DNA of 48,591 nt, from the UHGV virus genome UHGV-0185643; one strand, 5' to 3'. The stretch is from a virus. Position numbers and translations under genes: made by a program. The notes under the pieces are model-generated. The model was not told the origin of the DNA. It made no database searches and saw only the letters and a list, made by a program, of their open reading frames with translations. Below are positions 18,418 through 29,049 of the stretch, in pieces (the first letter of the stretch is position 1; every line of letters starts with the position of its first letter).

Positions 18418-19017
18418 TCACCGACCATTGCGCACCTCGCTCATAGCCTCACGGAACAGCTGCGCGGCATCCAGCGCAGTTATGCCAACCATGCCGCCAG
18501 GCGCCTGTCCAGAATGCCCATTCTCCAGGGCTATGGCATAAGGCAGGTTATTGGTGAAGTAAATCGAATTAACCTGCCCTACTCTGAACACCTCCAGGAC
18601 CTCCATTCCACGTGAGTTAGAACCCTGCCCGGACGCATCTGGCGTCTCGTTCGATTCGGTTGGCTGACTATCAAATCCCACGTACCAGTTATTTTTGAAA
18701 CGGCCTCCAACATACCCATCAGGCTTTTTGATATCCATCGAGTCATTAACACGCAGCCCGCGCTTAAGTCGCCCTGACTTTGTGAGGTTGTCCGGGTCAT
18801 CACGCAAAGCCGCGTTATGTTCCCGAACCGCAGTGTTGTAAGAGGTTGCCGTCTGGTTCACCTGCCAGATATCCGGCTGCCCGACGGGCGACATATCCAC
18901 CAGCCGTCCGAGTATTTTGATACCTGTCCGGCGCACCACCTGGTCTATGTCCTCCTTTGAGCCATCGACGAACAGCTGAATAGCAGCCAGGAACGGCTGA
19001 TTAGCAGTGTCAGCCAT
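18418..19017 (-). CDS. Tail completion / neck protein (Z-like position)
   Basis: Synteny between the head-tail joining genes and the tail terminator. Confidence 0.5.
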   Translation of the reverse strand: MADTANQPFLAAIQLFVDGSKEDIDQVVRRTGIKILGRLVDMSPVGQPDIWQVNQTATSYNTAVREHNAALRDDPDNLTKSGRLKRGLRVNDSMDIKKPDGYVGGRFKNNWYVGFDSQPTESNETPDASGQGSNSRGMEVLEVFRVGQVNSIYFTNNLPYAIALENGHSGQAPGGMVGITALDAAQLFREAMSEVRNGR

Positions 19018-19019
19018 AG

Positions 19020-19373
19020 TTACGCCCTCAGTTGGATGTTGTAGGAGATCAGTACATCAGCAGGCTTGACCGCATTCGGCTGCACCACGCGCCATTTCTT
19101 GCCGTCGATTTCGATGCGGTCATCGATACGCACTTCCGTTTCGAACGTGGCTGCCAGTTTTTTATCGCCCGTGGCGATCAGGGAACCGTCGATTTCTCGG
19201 GATGAGTATTCGGTGATAACGCCGGTGACGGTTGCTGTTACTGCAGGTGTTGTGACTTCCTTGCCGAACTGATCTCGAATGGCGCTTCCGCCGCGGGTTA
19301 GTTGGTATGCCTTCCCGTTCTCGGTCAGCAGCCGGGTTGCGGTCGCGCGCATGCGCAGATAGCTAATTGCCAT
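19020..19373 (-). CDS. Head-tail adaptor / head closure protein
   Basis: Synteny; start trimmed to the internal Met MAISYL to avoid overlap. Confidence 0.45.
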   Translation of the reverse strand: MAISYLRMRATATRLLTENGKAYQLTRGGSAIRDQFGKEVTTPAVTATVTGVITEYSSREIDGSLIATGDKKLAATFETEVRIDDRIEIDGKKWRVVQPNAVKPADVLISYNIQLRA

Positions 19374-19374
19374 A

Positions 19375-19857
19375 TCAGCCCCTTTCGATACGGATCTGAT
19401 TGCCGCCGACCACCAGCCCGCGCAGCGAGGAATAGAACCAAGGGAATGACGGCGCCGCCTTGTTGGTGCCCACTTCATACTGAACAGTCACAGCACCCTC
19501 GACACGTTCCATCGTCACCGCACCACCACCGGCAACCGAAGGCATTAAGTCAATCTCCTGCGACTCGATAGCCATGCGGCACTGCGCGTCAACCAACCGC
19601 TGTGGGATAGCATCATCCGGCAGGTCAACACCATCGAAGCGAACGCCAGAGCGAGGCCAAGATAGCGGCTGTGAAGCAACGCTGCGCTGCCCGCGCCATG
19701 ACTTACCTTCCAGATAATCCATCGCCTGCATCAGCATCTGGTCGCACTCAGCATCATCGGTAGGTACGGTATATCCGCGCCCCGCTGCGAACGCACGCAG
19801 GTCAATAACGCCAGCGTAGGTGTTAAAGTCTGGCGAATGAGGATCGGCCACCAGCAT
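19375..19857 (-). CDS. Head-tail connector protein
   Basis: Synteny downstream of the capsid gene. Confidence 0.45.
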   Translation of the reverse strand: MLVADPHSPDFNTYAGVIDLRAFAAGRGYTVPTDDAECDQMLMQAMDYLEGKSWRGQRSVASQPLSWPRSGVRFDGVDLPDDAIPQRLVDAQCRMAIESQEIDLMPSVAGGGAVTMERVEGAVTVQYEVGTNKAAPSFPWFYSSLRGLVVGGNQIRIERG

Positions 19858-19859
19858 GG

Positions 19860-20081
19860 TTATTCCTCCAGACGCCAGTCCAGCGCCAACCAGTTATCCA
19901 CTTCGGCAGGGTGAACCTCAGCACTCAGCGGACCGTTGGGAAACTCTGGAATATCACGCACCATGACAACCAACTCAATACCAGGCTGTTCCTGCTGGGC
20001 AGGCGCATGTTCAGCGCCGTTCTGCGCAGCAAGCTTTTCAGCCTCACGCAGCGCGCGCTGCTCTTTGGTCAATCCGGCCAT
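19860..20081 (-). CDS. Small hypothetical head-associated protein
   Basis: 73 aa ORF tightly packed between the capsid and connector genes. Confidence 0.4.
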   Translation of the reverse strand: MAGLTKEQRALREAEKLAAQNGAEHAPAQQEQPGIELVVMVRDIPEFPNGPLSAEVHPAEVDNWLALDWRLEE

Positions 20082-20120
20082 TGGGCCTCCTGAATAACAA
20101 AGGGGCCAAAGCCCCTGCGG

Positions 20121-21257
20121 TTAGCCCATGATGATGGCGGAATGCTCTTCCTGAACAGATGCAACGCCCCACGCCACACCGACTTCGTAACGCACCTGAC
20201 GGTACTGACGGTACAGAGCGATCTGGAAGGTGATGCCAGAGACAGGATCGGTTACGTTCATCACATCGTCAGCGGTATCACCGCCTTTTGGCATGGCAGG
20301 AGTACGGCAAGCCAGCAAAAATGCGTTACGGTCAAAGGCAACGTTTGGCGCGAACTCGCTCAGCACAGTGACAGTTGCCTGGTCCGCCAGATCCTGACGC
20401 AGGCCCGGTGCGCCAATGGTGATGCTCGATGAGGTTGCAGCAACGACCATGTACTGGTTGTCATCACCGTCGAACTTCACCGCTGTGCCTACAGCGATCC
20501 CACCAGTACCAGCAGAGATAGCAACAATGATGTCTCCCTCTTTCTTCGCGCCGTTGACCTTGTAGCCAGCCGCAGTGCTTTTCGCGGTACGCTTGATGTT
20601 GGCGGATTCATGCAGGTTAAAGCCCATCACTCGACCGATGATGCCTTCGCGCAGCAACTGATCGGTACCGGCTTCGTTTGCTTTGAACAGTACGGACTGC
20701 TTACCACGAATGGATGCCATCGCTTCGCCACCCAGTACCATGCGCAGGTCAGTAGTTGGTGCGCCGTTATCCACCAAAATCTGGCGGGCCAGCGCAGCAT
20801 CGGATAGATCGTCTTTTACGCTGAACGGGGTATTTTTCGGCGTTCCGACGGCGCGGGAAGATTTGTAGGCCAGCGCCGCCAGGTCAGCATCCATTTCGTT
20901 GCTCAGTGCGCGGAAGGCCTGAGAGAACTGGTCAGCCAGGACAATGTCATAGGTACCTGATGGCCCGATAGCAAGCTGTTCTTCACCATTCCATTTGACT
21001 GGGGCCATTTTAGATTTGGTGATTTTGACGTCCACGGTACCGATGTTCTGATCGCCGTCGTTTGGCGCGGTTGCCGCCGGGGTGATATCAACGGTGGAGG
21101 TTTTCGGTGCAACGGGCGCGGTCACGGTCTGGTCTTTAGCTGCGGCATCGGCCTTAGCGTTACGGGCAACCGCCGGGATAAAGCCCACCTGCTCGCGGGA
21201 TACGCGATTAAGCGCGGTGAAGATGGTTGGGATGAGGCCAGTAAGAGTATTGGACAT
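20121..21257 (-). CDS. Major capsid protein
   Basis: 378 aa ORF following a scaffold-like gene, in the canonical position. Confidence 0.75.
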   Translation of the reverse strand: MSNTLTGLIPTIFTALNRVSREQVGFIPAVARNAKADAAAKDQTVTAPVAPKTSTVDITPAATAPNDGDQNIGTVDVKITKSKMAPVKWNGEEQLAIGPSGTYDIVLADQFSQAFRALSNEMDADLAALAYKSSRAVGTPKNTPFSVKDDLSDAALARQILVDNGAPTTDLRMVLGGEAMASIRGKQSVLFKANEAGTDQLLREGIIGRVMGFNLHESANIKRTAKSTAAGYKVNGAKKEGDIIVAISAGTGGIAVGTAVKFDGDDNQYMVVAATSSSITIGAPGLRQDLADQATVTVLSEFAPNVAFDRNAFLLACRTPAMPKGGDTADDVMNVTDPVSGITFQIALYRQYRQVRYEVGVAWGVASVQEEHSAIIMG

Positions 21258-21273
21258 TCAAGTTTCCTTTCGA

Positions 21274-22065
21274 TTAATCAACGATGCTCGTGCCACCGCC
21301 AATGACCGTTTGTTGTTCAACTGGCGGTAAGGCGTCGAAAGCAGCGCGTTTCATGGTTTTCTGCCCGGCCTGATGCTGCGACTGGTGAGAGCCACCGCCG
21401 CTGTTGCCGGACGATTTGAGGATGTAGTCTTTCTGCGGATGCAACTCGACCAGCGATTCCAGCGCTTCATCGAAGCTGGCCAGTTCGCCAGGCTTGGTGC
21501 GGGAGAACACCTTGTTGCCCTGCCCGTCGTAGGCCACGACCTTGCCGTCTTCGATTTTGAAGTTCTGCCCGAAGTGAGAACGCACGAACTCAGCCGGGAT
21601 CGCCATCTTCTCGGAGATGAACTTCGAACCGCCGAAGCGGCTGCAGATCATCTCGTTGTAGAGTTGGGTTTCCAGTTTCTGGTTCTTGCCGTTCGCTTCG
21701 TCCAGTTGCTGCTGGAAGACCTTGGTGATCTCAGCCTTCACCTGGTCAACGGCGCCAGCATCGATCAGTTTCTTCTGGTCGATTTTGGTCACCATCTCCA
21801 GGGCTTCGAGCGCCTTGGTCGGGTCGGTGATGCCAGCGAATTTCGCGAGACCGGCTTCCGCTGTTTCCTTCGCCTCACGGTGAGTTTTGGCTTCACTATT
21901 CAGGGAGGTAATTTTGGTCATCGCTGCGACCGCGTCGAACGGAATCTCTTTGCCGTCGTCATGGACGTACACAGGCATACCGTTTTCAACGACCACATTT
22001 CCGTTAACATCGAGTTTGAGTTTCATTGTTTTGCTCCAGCCTTCCGGCCATTGGTAGTGGGTCAT
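21274..22065 (-). CDS. Scaffolding protein (putative)
   Basis: Helical, charged 263 aa protein between the head-morphogenesis and capsid genes. Confidence 0.5.
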   Translation of the reverse strand: MTHYQWPEGWSKTMKLKLDVNGNVVVENGMPVYVHDDGKEIPFDAVAAMTKITSLNSEAKTHREAKETAEAGLAKFAGITDPTKALEALEMVTKIDQKKLIDAGAVDQVKAEITKVFQQQLDEANGKNQKLETQLYNEMICSRFGGSKFISEKMAIPAEFVRSHFGQNFKIEDGKVVAYDGQGNKVFSRTKPGELASFDEALESLVELHPQKDYILKSSGNSGGGSHQSQHQAGQKTMKRAAFDALPPVEQQTVIGGGTSIVD

Positions 22066-22150
22066 CCGACCCGGTCACCGCGTCGCATCCGCTCAGCGGC
22101 AGGCATAAAAAAGGCCACCCGAAGGCAGCCTGATGTTGATTAGGTTTACG

Positions 22151-23254
22151 TTACTCGAATGCCGACGCATCCACACGGCGCAGTTCCTCCAGGGTCATGA
22201 ACTCCCCTGCATCGTTGAACAATTCCGGCACAGTGATTTTACCGTCACGCAGCATCTGCGCACGGGTGACGCCCAGCACCTGCTCCTGTCGCGCGTACGG
22301 CTGCCGGGTAAGCCAGTCGGCATAGCTGGTATGCGCTGGTACCTGCCCGTCCATTGACGCGCGAGTGGCGTTGCTCAGCTCGCCAGAGGGTATCTGCAAT
22401 TCCTCCCACGATTTGGTGATCAGGATTTCGCCGGAGCGGCAGCAGAAGTGGATTTTGCCGGGGCCGCGCAGATACGGGATTGCATGGCCCAGCGGCCTGC
22501 CGTCAAGAGTGTAGAGCTTGCGGTCTCGAATGATGCACCACTGACTGGTATGCGTATCCAGCGTGGATGACCATTGCTTAGCCTTGACGATATCGCTGTT
22601 GGCCTGGGCGAACTCCTGGCGCGCCGTTGCGGCCATATGATTCACCGCGGTGCGGGTCACCACTGCCAGGTCACGGCGAGAAGTGTTAATAATTCCGTTC
22701 TGGCGGTTAAGTTGCGGCGTGCCGGCGACGCGCTTCACGATCTGCTCGACGGTTTCACCCTGAAGAAATCCGGAACGCACGGCATTGGTGATTTTATCCA
22801 GCCGGTCGGCTTCAAGCTTCTGTCCCCACTCTTTTAGCAATCGCCCCTGAAACGGCTGCGCTGCTGCAGCGGCGTAGACCTGCTCTGATGCGATGCTCTG
22901 CAGCGGAACGTGCTTCAGGATCTGCTTAGGAATGATGCTGCTGAACAGGTCAATCTGATACCCGGTCTCATACTCAACGTAGCGCGTCAGCTCGCGAGCC
23001 AGCGCCTCGTTAACTGGCCCATAGGCCTGCTGGTTCAGGTCACGCACACCAGTCAGCAGAGAAGCCAGGCGGCGGGCGCTGTAGGTATCCGCCCGCTTGC
23101 CGTCCAGCAGCACTAACAGTTTCGCGGCTAGTTCTGCATCCAGTTTGTTCAGCAGCGCCACCATGCGTCGGGCGACGCTTGTGCCGTAGCGCGTCACATA
23201 CAGGCCGTGAGCAATGGTCTCGTCCTGCAGGCGGTCATTGACGGAGCGCACCAT
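22151..23254 (-). CDS. Minor head / head morphogenesis protein (Mu F / SPP1 gp7-like position)
   Basis: 367 aa ORF immediately after the portal gene. Confidence 0.55.
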   Translation of the reverse strand: MVRSVNDRLQDETIAHGLYVTRYGTSVARRMVALLNKLDAELAAKLLVLLDGKRADTYSARRLASLLTGVRDLNQQAYGPVNEALARELTRYVEYETGYQIDLFSSIIPKQILKHVPLQSIASEQVYAAAAAQPFQGRLLKEWGQKLEADRLDKITNAVRSGFLQGETVEQIVKRVAGTPQLNRQNGIINTSRRDLAVVTRTAVNHMAATARQEFAQANSDIVKAKQWSSTLDTHTSQWCIIRDRKLYTLDGRPLGHAIPYLRGPGKIHFCCRSGEILITKSWEELQIPSGELSNATRASMDGQVPAHTSYADWLTRQPYARQEQVLGVTRAQMLRDGKITVPELFNDAGEFMTLEELRRVDASAFE

Positions 23255-23255
23255 G

Positions 23256-24659
23256 TCACACCTCGTCCGGTGGTGGTTCGGTCAGCGAAGATGACTCTGT
23301 CAATAGCTCGCTCAGCACCAAATCGGGATCCGCATCAGCATCAATAAGGTTGAGCTTCTGCAGGGCTTTAATCGCATCGATACGGCGGAGGTCACCACCC
23401 TGACGCAGTGACTGAATAGCCAGCGCAGCAGGCGGGTTGAACTCTTTCGACTCTACATCCAGTTCAGTGCGGACATCGACGTTGCCACCCTCCTTCTCGC
23501 CGATGTACTCAGCCATGATTTGCAGGATGTTGTCGATCGCATCTTCCAGGCTGGTTGCCATGGTGTAGAGCGGCGACTGTTCCTGCATTTTCTCTTCCGA
23601 GGTCTGGTCTACGGACTTGGTTGAAGTGTTGTCGGTGCGCAGCAGCTTTGCGCCCGCCTGGCGCATCTGCTCTACCAGGTCGGTTAGGGACTCTTTACCA
23701 GCACTGATCGAAGTACCTGTGTGTTCGACGTATTCAAGCCCCTGTTTCTGTCGATCGGAGAATTGAGTTGCAGACGAAGAACCGATAACCAACTCTTGCC
23801 CCTCCTCCAGTCCGAATACTGTTAGTAGCGGCACCCGCGCGACGTGCAGGATGTTGTCCTGCTCACTCTGGCTCTGCCAATGCTTGATGTTCAGCAGCGC
23901 CATGTTCAGCAGCGGCGGAGAAGCGCACATAAACCCGGTGCGCTTGGTGTAGAGCGTTACCAAGGTGATATCCCTGCGAGAGGTTTGCCATTCGTCGTGT
24001 AACGCCCAGGTGGCCTGCCCTTCTGCACCGGTAGACTTCCGGTAAATCTGCACCATGCCCGGCGTCAGGAGGCGGATCTGTTCGACTTTCGTCTGCCCGA
24101 AGTCATCGCCATCCTCGACAATCACCTCTTTGATGCGCAGCTCGGTCAATACGACCTTGCCGCCGGTCATCTTAGATTTCCAGCCGATCAGCTGTCGGGG
24201 ATTCAGCATCGTTACGTACGGTCGTGCGCCAGTGGCTTTCTCATCCGCCTTGGTCTTCACTTGCTCGGCGTCCACCCGGGGGTAGTCCACCAGCGCATGG
24301 GAAAGCCCATACTGCATCGCCAGGCTGAAGAACGACTGCGCCCATACATCCAGGCGGGTGCCTTCAAGGTCCACGTCTTTTGCGAACTCGCGCAGCTGAT
24401 CTGGGACGTTCTCGCCCAATTGGATGGGTTCAGCAAATACGCGCCCAACATTCTGGTTGATCGTCTCTTCGTAGGCAGGGAGAAGCGTGGCCACTGCCAG
24501 GCGCTTTTTGTAATCCTCTTTATCTTCCTTCGGCCAGCGCGGCAGATAGGCCTCACCCAGCTGACGCATGTACAGCGTGCCGCCCATCAGGGCGTCGTTA
24601 ATGTCCCACGCCTGCACCATGTTCCCATAGTCCAGATTGGGTGTTGAAATATCAGGCAT
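23256..24659 (-). CDS. Portal protein
   Basis: About 467 aa ORF directly downstream of the large terminase; start trimmed to the internal Met MPDISTP to remove overlap. Confidence 0.7.
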   Translation of the reverse strand: MPDISTPNLDYGNMVQAWDINDALMGGTLYMRQLGEAYLPRWPKEDKEDYKKRLAVATLLPAYEETINQNVGRVFAEPIQLGENVPDQLREFAKDVDLEGTRLDVWAQSFFSLAMQYGLSHALVDYPRVDAEQVKTKADEKATGARPYVTMLNPRQLIGWKSKMTGGKVVLTELRIKEVIVEDGDDFGQTKVEQIRLLTPGMVQIYRKSTGAEGQATWALHDEWQTSRRDITLVTLYTKRTGFMCASPPLLNMALLNIKHWQSQSEQDNILHVARVPLLTVFGLEEGQELVIGSSSATQFSDRQKQGLEYVEHTGTSISAGKESLTDLVEQMRQAGAKLLRTDNTSTKSVDQTSEEKMQEQSPLYTMATSLEDAIDNILQIMAEYIGEKEGGNVDVRTELDVESKEFNPPAALAIQSLRQGGDLRRIDAIKALQKLNLIDADADPDLVLSELLTESSSLTEPPPDEV

Positions 24660-24663
24660 GGAG

Positions 24664-26235
24664 TTAAATCCGTAGGTTAGTGACTTTGCCGACTTTCTTC
24701 GGCGGTGAATGTAATACGGCGTAGCGCGTACCATCCCAGTCGTGGTCTTCTTGCTGGGTGTCAACGTCATCAGGGTTCTTGCTGTCGCGAACGAGTACCG
24801 GCACACGGCTTATCCAGCCCCGGCAGTAATCAAACACGTAAAATGCTGGCTTCTCAGGCATGCCTGACTCCAGCTTCTTGCCCTCAATGACGGCCTCGAG
24901 CATGTCAGCAAATAATGCTGCGCCGTTCACGCGCGATCCGGGTTTCTTATTGGATGGCACCCATTTAACGCCCTGCGATTCCATCTTCTGGGCAATGGAT
25001 AGCTCATCATCGCCGGTGTTGTATATAGCCCCATCAGCCGGGCCGGAACTAACCTGCTTGCAGATGCCCGGCATTATGTTCAGTTGTCCCTGCGTCACGC
25101 CGTTGAGCTTTATCTCATCCGGCTCAGCAAGTTCTATTCCCTTAAGACGTTTATCAACCCATGCCACGCCTTTTGCGACGTTCGTCGAGGACATATTCAG
25201 ACCTTTGTTCAGCTCATCAGGCGGGCAGCCGTACCACTCACCTATCAGAATCAGCGACCCGGCAGGTGGGCAGAACTGGCGACCGTCCGACAGCTCTGCG
25301 GCGGTGCCGTCAGTACGCGCCCACCATAGATTAGAGAAGGGTTTCGATTCGCCCCAGTCATGGGAGCGGTCGACGGTCCAGCTATCCGGTATCCGGAACG
25401 GTTTGATAACGTGTAGTGACGCATTCCACAGGTGGTCAAAGCGTCCGCCGCTGGTGACGTCCCAAGAGCCCTCTACCCACGCTTTACGCCGGTTAGGGTC
25501 TTTGATAGCCATCAACGTCGCTATGTATTGCGGATCGAGATACGGGTTCTCTTTAAATGAGCCGTGAATCGCAACGCGGGTAAGCGTTACATCCTCTTCC
25601 CGCTCCGTCTGCGGGTTAAACACCTTCTGCGTTTCGCGAATGATGGTGCCGCGCGGTGCTGGCTCAATGAAGCGCTTCTTCACCCAGGTATGGCCGATGC
25701 CAAACGGGTTCGTCGTGCTGAACGTTTCCAGGGGAATAGGCTTCAGCATGCTACCGTCAGGCAGCGGATAGTTTTCTGGCCGGAACGACGAGCGACGGCA
25801 TGAGAACATCATTTCGTAGAACTCGGCAGACTGCTGTTTTGTAAGTTCGTTAAAGCCGATAAACGGGAACTCCTGTCCGTGATAGTCCCAGTAGTCGCTC
25901 TCTTCTTTCCCGAAGCGGAAAAGCAGCTCCTCTCCGGTCGGCCAAACCCATCGCAATTCACTGGCGGATGCAAGATATCGAGCCCCGTCGTTAAACAGGC
26001 GATACATACGTTTTGACTGGGTAATGATGTCGGTGAGGTTTTTATACTCGGTATCGAAAATGACACCTCGCCAGAACGAGCCATAGCCCAGGCCAACCAG
26101 TCGACGAAAGCGCGCCAACTGCGCAGCAGTCTTACCAGGTCCGCGCGTCCCCTCGTAGAGGATTTCGTTACATGGGCAACTCAGGGAGAGCGATTGCGAC
26201 CCCGGCAAAGGTTTCCAGACGGCTTTATAATTCAT
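24664..26235 (-). CDS. Terminase large subunit
   Basis: 523 aa; N-terminal ATPase region with GTRGPGKT P-loop-like motif; follows the small subunit with a 4-nt overlap. Confidence 0.85.
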   Translation of the reverse strand: MNYKAVWKPLPGSQSLSLSCPCNEILYEGTRGPGKTAAQLARFRRLVGLGYGSFWRGVIFDTEYKNLTDIITQSKRMYRLFNDGARYLASASELRWVWPTGEELLFRFGKEESDYWDYHGQEFPFIGFNELTKQQSAEFYEMMFSCRRSSFRPENYPLPDGSMLKPIPLETFSTTNPFGIGHTWVKKRFIEPAPRGTIIRETQKVFNPQTEREEDVTLTRVAIHGSFKENPYLDPQYIATLMAIKDPNRRKAWVEGSWDVTSGGRFDHLWNASLHVIKPFRIPDSWTVDRSHDWGESKPFSNLWWARTDGTAAELSDGRQFCPPAGSLILIGEWYGCPPDELNKGLNMSSTNVAKGVAWVDKRLKGIELAEPDEIKLNGVTQGQLNIMPGICKQVSSGPADGAIYNTGDDELSIAQKMESQGVKWVPSNKKPGSRVNGAALFADMLEAVIEGKKLESGMPEKPAFYVFDYCRGWISRVPVLVRDSKNPDDVDTQQEDHDWDGTRYAVLHSPPKKVGKVTNLRI

Positions 26236-26807
26236 CCACCAAGAACCTCGCTCTGCTGTTTCTGTGCTGCTGCTTCCCAGCTATCCACATTGTCGCTGGT
26301 CGGTACCAGAATAACGTTGTGGGTCGCCACGACTTTCTGTTCGACCTGCTCTTTGAAGGCCTGCACCTTGATGTGCTTGCCGAGCAGTTCAAGGTTCTTG
26401 ACCTTATCCGGCCACTTAATCTTCTTGAGCAGTGCGGCGGTGTTTCCCTCGGCGGACATCTCGACGACATCCAGCCCGGATAATGTCGTCCTCCAGACCT
26501 TCGGCCACTGTGACACTGGCCTGAGTTCACCGGTCGAGGTCAGGATGTCCAGCACGTCCATCTGGTCTATCTCAACGAGACGATTCAGGACGTATGTCGC
26601 ATTTATGCCAACCAGATCATTGCGTTGCGCTTTAAGTTCGGCAATTCTGGCCTGGATGTCAGGTTTTGACAGGTTTTCGGACGCAGTGCGGTTAGCTGTC
26701 TTTGCGCTGTACCCCGCCCGAATAGCCGCTTGCGTGGCGTTTAAATCGATGAGGTACTCGCGACAGAACATCTCTTGTTTGTCGGTAAGTGCCATGTTTA
26801 CCTTCAA
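26232..26807 (-). CDS. Terminase small subunit (Terminase_2-type)
   Basis: N-terminal LTDKQEMFCREYLIDLNATQAAIRAGYS motif. Confidence 0.8.
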   Translation of the reverse strand: MKVNMALTDKQEMFCREYLIDLNATQAAIRAGYSAKTANRTASENLSKPDIQARIAELKAQRNDLVGINATYVLNRLVEIDQMDVLDILTSTGELRPVSQWPKVWRTTLSGLDVVEMSAEGNTAALLKKIKWPDKVKNLELLGKHIKVQAFKEQVEQKVVATHNVILVPTSDNVDSWEAAAQKQQSEVLGG

Positions 26808-26817
26808 GGAGCAGGAT

Positions 26818-27009
26818 ATGAGTAATTATAAAATTGGTGACAAAGTGAAACTTAAATCCGGCGGACCGGTTATGACTGTTCATGACACCAATGTGCAAGT
26901 CCCAAAATATCGGGGAAACTTACGGTGCCAATGGTTTGCAGGAAAGAAACTTGAAGAAGGTTATTTCCCGGATGACTCACTTGAGGAAGTCGGGGATGAC
27001 GAACAATAA
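26818..27009 (+). CDS. DUF2158/YodC-like small protein (63 aa)
   Basis: Motif KIGDKVKLKSGGPVMTV...CQWF; AAGGA RBS; divergent from the terminase operon. Confidence 0.5.
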   Translation: MSNYKIGDKVKLKSGGPVMTVHDTNVQVPKYRGNLRCQWFAGKKLEEGYFPDDSLEEVGDDEQ

Positions 27010-27268
27010 GGATCAAACCATCCTCTGGATGCTTGAACATCTCAAAAAAGACGGATGTCTATATCAAGATGATGTAGTCGATCATTTGGTTAAAACTAAA
27101 AATGAAGACCTTTTAGTTGAGAATGCCGACGGAAATTTAGCTTTGAGTCGTCAGATTCTTACTTTGTTTATGAAACATACAGCAGACGATGTTGTTTGGG
27201 TTAAGCCGCAGCGTTATTGGCGCTATCGTGTCGCTGAGGATGAACCTGGTCGTGAGGCCCGTGGGTAA
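26996..27268 (+). CDS. Hypothetical protein (90 aa), coupled to the preceding small gene
   Basis: ATG overlapping the upstream stop region; followed by a terminator. Confidence 0.4.
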   Translation: MTNNKDQTILWMLEHLKKDGCLYQDDVVDHLVKTKNEDLLVENADGNLALSRQILTLFMKHTADDVVWVKPQRYWRYRVAEDEPGREARG

Positions 27269-27272
27269 ATTA

Positions 27273-27297
27273 AAGGGCGATCATTCGCCCTTTTCTT
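27273..27297 (+). terminator. Rho-independent terminator
   Basis: Stem AAGGGCGA / TCGCCCTT with TCAT loop and a T-tract. Confidence 0.7.
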
Positions 27298-27571
27298 CGA
27301 CACTCTCTTCCAATGGCGTGAACTGCACGCGCTTTACATCGGCCGGAGCAAAATACAGCCACTGGCCCGTTTCCGTCGCCAGCGGCACAAAACCGTTAAC
27401 CAACTCAGGCTGACGTCTCGACATCTTACCAGTGAAGGTTTCGCCTGTTTAGGTAGTGAAGAGATGTGGTAGATGTAGGACATTGAGCGCCTCTTTATCC
27501 GCTGGTAGGGATATCTAGTTTATTATCCGCTGTAGGGGATAATGAAAAACTCACGTTCAATCATGCAATGT

Positions 27572-27597
27572 AAAAAACCCCGGCAGAGCGGGGTTTG
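27572..27597 (-). terminator. Rho-independent terminator for the 164-aa moron gene
   Basis: Stem CCCCG / CGGGG followed on the minus strand by a U6 run, directly after the stop at 27614. Confidence 0.7.
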
Positions 27598-27613
27598 AAA
27601 GTGCCATTAAGAA

Positions 27614-28108
27614 TTAGAGTTCTCTTTTGAAAATACGCGCAGAGGCTACTTTATCTGTGCCGTTCATTCCATACGGATGTTGCGTATGGTACTTACGAAG
27701 CAGTAAATCGCATACCTCTTGATGTCTTGAGAGAAGAATTTTGTCAACATCACCCTGGTTTTTTGCATCAGGGAATACGTCTAGGTTGACCAAAAACAAA
27801 AAGTCATCTTCACCATGCGGGGTGTGAGCCACATACAGATATCCTTCATCTGCGATTTTAATTGCTGTAAAGCCTGTAACCGATGAAGGCTCAATATATT
27901 TATCAATTTCGCCTGGAGGAAGTAAACCTAGAGCATCACGAACCAATGTGGTGCAGAAAGCCACATCATTAGGATCGTCAAAGTTAACAGCTCGCGTCGC
28001 TTGGTTTTTACCAAATGTCTGAAGAATCTTTTCTTCACTATAACCTTCTTGGTCCAAATATCTAATCCACTGATATAGGTGCGCCCAAGGATTTCTTTTC
28101 CAGCCCAT
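27614..28108 (-). CDS. Hypothetical protein (164 aa), standalone AT-rich moron with its own terminator
   Basis: ORF with adjacent intrinsic terminator; no motif I recognise. Confidence 0.5.
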   Translation of the reverse strand: MGWKRNPWAHLYQWIRYLDQEGYSEEKILQTFGKNQATRAVNFDDPNDVAFCTTLVRDALGLLPPGEIDKYIEPSSVTGFTAIKIADEGYLYVAHTPHGEDDFLFLVNLDVFPDAKNQGDVDKILLSRHQEVCDLLLRKYHTQHPYGMNGTDKVASARIFKREL

Positions 28109-28336
28109 TTCACTCTCCTTTTACCAAAGAAATCCAATAGTACCGTATATATGTTAGTTCTGTGAAATCTGTAAAATTTAATTAAGACACTGTTCTTTGA
28201 CGTAGTCCTGCAGATACCCAACCTGCTTCGTCACTGTGACGATTTGCCCTCTGAGGGTGAAATAATCCTGTTCGACGGCTCAATAAGTTGGGTCGTTACC
28301 ATCATCCTTACCGATGATGTTGTCTGTTTCACTCAC

Positions 28337-28459
28337 TCAGTAGTTAGTATGGTTCTGCATTGTCCCTTCACTAATGTCGTGCTGCGATATAATTTCACGG
28401 AGGGACATCACTCCGGCACAGCACGCCGTCCCGATGGCCTCCCAGTCCGGCTTGCTCAT
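28337..28459 (-). pseudogene. Short ORF (40 aa, MSKPDWEAIG...) resembling the N-terminus of the HTH protein at 29158..29376; likely a gene remnant
   Basis: Shared N-terminal MxKPDW motif; premature stop. Confidence 0.3.
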
Positions 28460-28821
28460 GCTTCTTTCCTATTAAAGTAATCCCATTGATGACCTATGGT
28501 AAGACGGAAGTAAACCTGTCATCTATGCTACCGAGGAAATTCTCGATGGACGAAACAATTACTGAAAATGCTATTAAGCAAGCATATAGCGTTACCATCA
28601 TGCAGCTTTTTAATGTCTATCTAAATTCAGCAAACGATCCCAACGCATCAGCAAGATTTCAGGAAGGGCTTCGTCTTGCGATACAAGTCCGAGATGCCTG
28701 TATGCAAATCGCCTCCCAAAACCATGCGCCATGAATTTATTAGCGGCTATTCACAAACTGCCATTACGATGGGGCTACCCATGGTGATGGCAATAAAAAA
28801 CCGCCCGAAGGCGGCTTGTTA

Positions 28822-29049
28822 TCAATTACTTAATAACTTTTCGATATTGGATGGGATCGGAGCTCCAGGCTCTGCTTTCAGCTTGCTTAGTCTTATGATA
28901 ATAGCCTGCTTCTCCGCCTCACTCGCTGCTTGGTAATAGGGTTTTATCCCTTTAATGATATCGTCAACTGTAGCAGTAGAACCAACGCCAGCGCCTGGCT
29001 CGTTTTTATTCAAAGCGCTGTAAATAATTTCCTCAATAGCCTGATTCAT
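28822..29049 (-). CDS. Hypothetical protein (75 aa)
   Basis: ORF trimmed to the internal Met MNQAIEE; AT-rich region. Confidence 0.35.
   Translation of the reverse strand: MNQAIEEIIYSALNKNEPGAGVGSTATVDDIIKGIKPYYQAASEAEKQAIIIRLSKLKAEPGAPIPSNIEKLLSN

Noticed and set aside
21373-22143. 256-aa plus-strand ORF opposite the scaffold gene
   Set aside because: Antisense to a gene in a tightly packed operon; repetitive, low-complexity translation.
26194-27009. 271-aa plus-strand ORF overlapping the small terminase gene
   Set aside because: Only its last 63 codons (26818..27009, DUF2158-like, with RBS) look real; the upstream part is antisense to the terminase small subunit.
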